64,000 bases of DNA, taken from assembly GCA_951406725.2 (NCBI GenBank), contig OX597820.1, forward strand, positions 14,508,001-14,572,000, read 5' to 3'. The DNA is from Octopus vulgaris. Lineage: Eukaryota. This document shows, in pieces, positions 60,906 to 64,000 of this stretch (positions are counted from its first letter, which is position 1; the number at the start of each line of letters is the position of its first letter). A model generated the notes under the pieces. The model worked only from the letters and a program-made list of their open reading frames with translations. It did not search any database and was not told the DNA's origin. A program made the position numbers and the translations under genes.

Positions 60906-61918
60906 GCACTGTTTGATTGTAATTACATCTTGTTCTTAGACTTATGTATATCTGAGCGAGCTTTGCTGATCTCAGCACTGTCACTTACAGCTGTTCCTGT
61001 AGGAATGAGTGGGAAAAGTGGGCCACATCCAGTTATTGGCTATTTTTGAAGGGCATTGTTCTCCTGTATCTTGTTCAAGTTGCTGTTATTTATTTGCTGG
61101 CCGACATGTTGGAATAGATTTTTATAGACGAAAGAAAACTTGCTATATGCGAACAAATATTTGAATGCTTGAGGCTTTGTGTAATACTCACCTTTTTTTC
61201 CCCTCTCTACCCTACCTTGTGTTGTCTTCATTTATTGGACTGGGGCCATAGTGGGGCTCTGTCCTAAAGGCCTTAGTTGAGCAAATCACTGAAGGTGCAT
61301 AGCTTAGTGGTTAGGGTATTTGGCTTGCAATTGCAAGGTCGTGGGTTCAATTCTTGGTGGTATGTTGTATTCTTGAGCAAGATGTTTTCTTTCATATTGC
61401 TCTAGTTCACTCAGCTGGACTTAGTAGGATTTGAACTCAGAATGTAGAGTTGGAAGAAATGCTGCTAAGCATTTTGCCCAGCGTGCTAGCGATTCTGCCA
61501 GCTCGCCACCTTAACAATAATAATAAGTAAAGAAAGATGGAAAAAATAATTTCATACTACCATGAATAAAATATATGAAGATTCTCTTTATGTCTGTGAT
61601 TTAAATAAAATCAATGTTTATTGATTAACTACCAATAATATAGGTGGCAGTAGTGGTTATATGGTTAAGACGTTTGCTTCCTGATCATGTGGTTTCAGGT
61701 TCAGTCCTACTCCAGGCTATCTTGATCAAGTGTCTTTTACTATAGCCCTGGGCCAACCAAAGCTTTGTGAGTGGATTTGGTAGATGGAAACTGAAAGAAG
61801 CCCCTCGTGTGTGTTTCTCCTTATCTTGACATTGCATGATGGTCGTAAATGAGTGTTACTGTCACACAAATAATGTGGATCATTTCCTGTCTTTCATGGG
61901 AAAATGTCCAGCTATGGT

Positions 61919-62260
61919 GAAGGTGCATGGCTCAGTGGCTGGAGCATCGGGCTTAGAATCATGAGGTAGTGAGTTCGATTCCCAGACCAGGTTGTGTGTT
62001 GTTTTCTTGAGCAAGACACTTTATTTCATGTTACTCCAGTTCACTCGGCTGTAGAAATGAGTTGCGACATCACAGGTGCCAAGATGTATCGGTCTTAGCC
62101 TTTCCCTTAGATAACACTGGTGGCATGGAGAGGGGAGGCCGGTATGCATGGGCGACTGCTGGTCTTCCATAAACAACCTTGCACCGGCTTTTGCCTTGGA
62201 AGGGAACTTTGTAGGTACAATCCCATGGTCATATATGACCGAAGGGGGCCCTTTATCTTT
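61919..62260 (+). mobile_element. SINE family C (interrupting a B-head/J-tail SINE at 61645-61915)
   Basis: Matches 3262-3620. Confidence 0.85.
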
Positions 62261-62335
62261 ATCACTTTTATGGTGAACCACCAATTTCAGGAGCATAAAT
62301 ACTCCAACACCAATTGCCAAGTGGTGGTAGGGAGT

Positions 62336-62374
<39 letters not shown>

Positions 62375-63539
62375 AACAAACAAACTTACACGCATGTATA
62401 TATGATGGGCTTCCTTCAGTTTCCGTCTACCAAATCCACTCATAAGGCACAAGACTATAGTACAAGACACCTGCCCAATGTTTACTTGGTGGGACTGAAC
62501 CTGGAACAGTGAGGTTGTAAAGTGGATTTCCTATCACACAGCCATGCCTATATCTATATTTATTTATGTATATCAGATAAGACATGATTAATTCAAACCA
62601 ATAAGAATAAATAAGCTTTACATATGGCAGAGTAATTTGAATAGTAAAAGGTCAAAGGTACGCATGTCTGCGGAGTTCTCAGCCACTTGCATGTTAATTT
62701 CATGTGCAGGCTGTTCTGTTGATTGGATCAACTGGAACCTTCTTTGTAATAACCGATTACAGGAGTACCTGCACACACTTCCACACACACACATACACGT
62801 GTGTATGTATGTGTGTATATATATGTGTATGTGTGTGTGCATATATATATTTTATTATGTCACAAAAAACAGTGTCCTTCAATACATACCTGTATTAGTG
62901 ATATACAGAGTATATTATAAATATAGGTAAATATTAACATTTAAATAAATTGCTCTCACACACACACACACATATATATATATACACACACACACACATA
63001 TTATATACTCACACACACACATATGTATATATATATACACATGTGTGTGTGTTTAATCTGTAGCGATACTAGACTACTGAGCAAATATTAATATGTAGAT
63101 AGCACACCTTAGTTACAAAGAAAACACCACTTCCTGATTGCTCAGGGAAACCTGTAGGCAACAGTAGAATTCAAAGCCTGCGATAAGACCATCAATTATT
63201 CAACACAATATGAATCACATAATTTCTCTCTACTGTCGGATGATAACAACACTGGCTACTGTTAACCACTTGTAGATATTGATCAAGAAGTATTGATAGA
63301 CAGAGCAACTTAGAACTAATAAGAAAATATTTTTATAAAAATAAATTGCTAATTACCTACCAACCTAATCTGACCAAATGATTCCTCTGGACCACTTCTG
63401 TTAAATTCGTATTTCTGTAATTTAAGGGTTATGCCCTGACTCATCTTTGCCCCTGTTTTCTCCCTTCTTTTCCACCTGGGGTAACAATATATGCTCTTCT
63501 ATAGCAAGACACACATATCGGTGTCTCTATTCTACTTAA

Positions 63540-63747
63540 CCCTTTTGATACCAACCCAGCTGAAACTGCCTCTTGCTCTGTGGCACAAATGTCTTGTTTT
63601 CAAAAGTTCTGAATTAAAATCTTCACAATTTATGTTCCTAACACTAGCTTAATGATAACTAAGTTATTTTACTAAATTCTTTGTTATATTTAAAATTAAT
63701 TGAAAGAAACACAGAATATCTCAACAAGAAATATGGTAACAAAGGGG
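63540..63747 (+). mobile_element. piggyBac-type MITE family E
   Basis: TTAA at 63536-63539 and 63748-63751. Confidence 0.9.
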
Positions 63748-63780
63748 TTAAAATATATATAAAAGAGAAACAATTCTTAA

Positions 63781-64000
63781 CCCGTTTGATACCAACCCAG
63801 CTGAAACTGCCTCTGGCTCTGTAGTACAAATGTCTTGTTTCCATAAGATATGAATTAAAATCTTCCACTAAACCTTAGTCACAATTTATGTTCCTAACAC
63901 TAGCTGAATGATAACTAAGTTATTTTACTAAATTCTTTGTTATATTTAAAATTAATTGAAAGAAACACAGAGCATCTCAACAGAAGTATGGTAACAAAAG
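63781..64000 (+). mobile_element. Second tandem MITE family E copy (runs to the window edge)
   Basis: TTAA at 63777-63780; the window ends inside the right TIR. Confidence 0.9.

Overview
AT-rich, repeat-dominated eukaryotic DNA, probably intronic or intergenic. The repeat families and the CA/TA/GATA microsatellite load look like a coleoid cephalopod, most likely Octopus; this is inferred from recognition, not from a search. I found no host protein-coding exon I can identify, and almost all listed ORFs are artefacts of microsatellites or SINEs. Most of the window is accounted for by at least five SINE-type families (my labels A, B, C, D, J, plus single copies), two TTAA-flanked piggyBac-type MITE families (E, F) and two Helentron-associated-like elements. 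There are also three decayed coding transposons: an internally deleted Tigger/pogo element, a 5'-truncated RTE-type LINE, and an internally deleted Ty3/Gypsy element that keeps both LTRs. Tandem arrays include a 106-bp satellite and a 90-bp SINE-derived array. The most interesting signals are: several unrelated short Penelope-like repeats carrying minimal hammerhead-ribozyme cores, one with a compensated U3-A8 core pair; a hairpin- and pseudoknot-rich GC island inside a SINE; a hairpin-rich near-identical satellite; SINE arrays built at a reused target site; MITE dimers with a conserved linker; and long palindromes and inverted SINE pairs. Boundaries of decayed repeats are approximate (about 10-20 bp).
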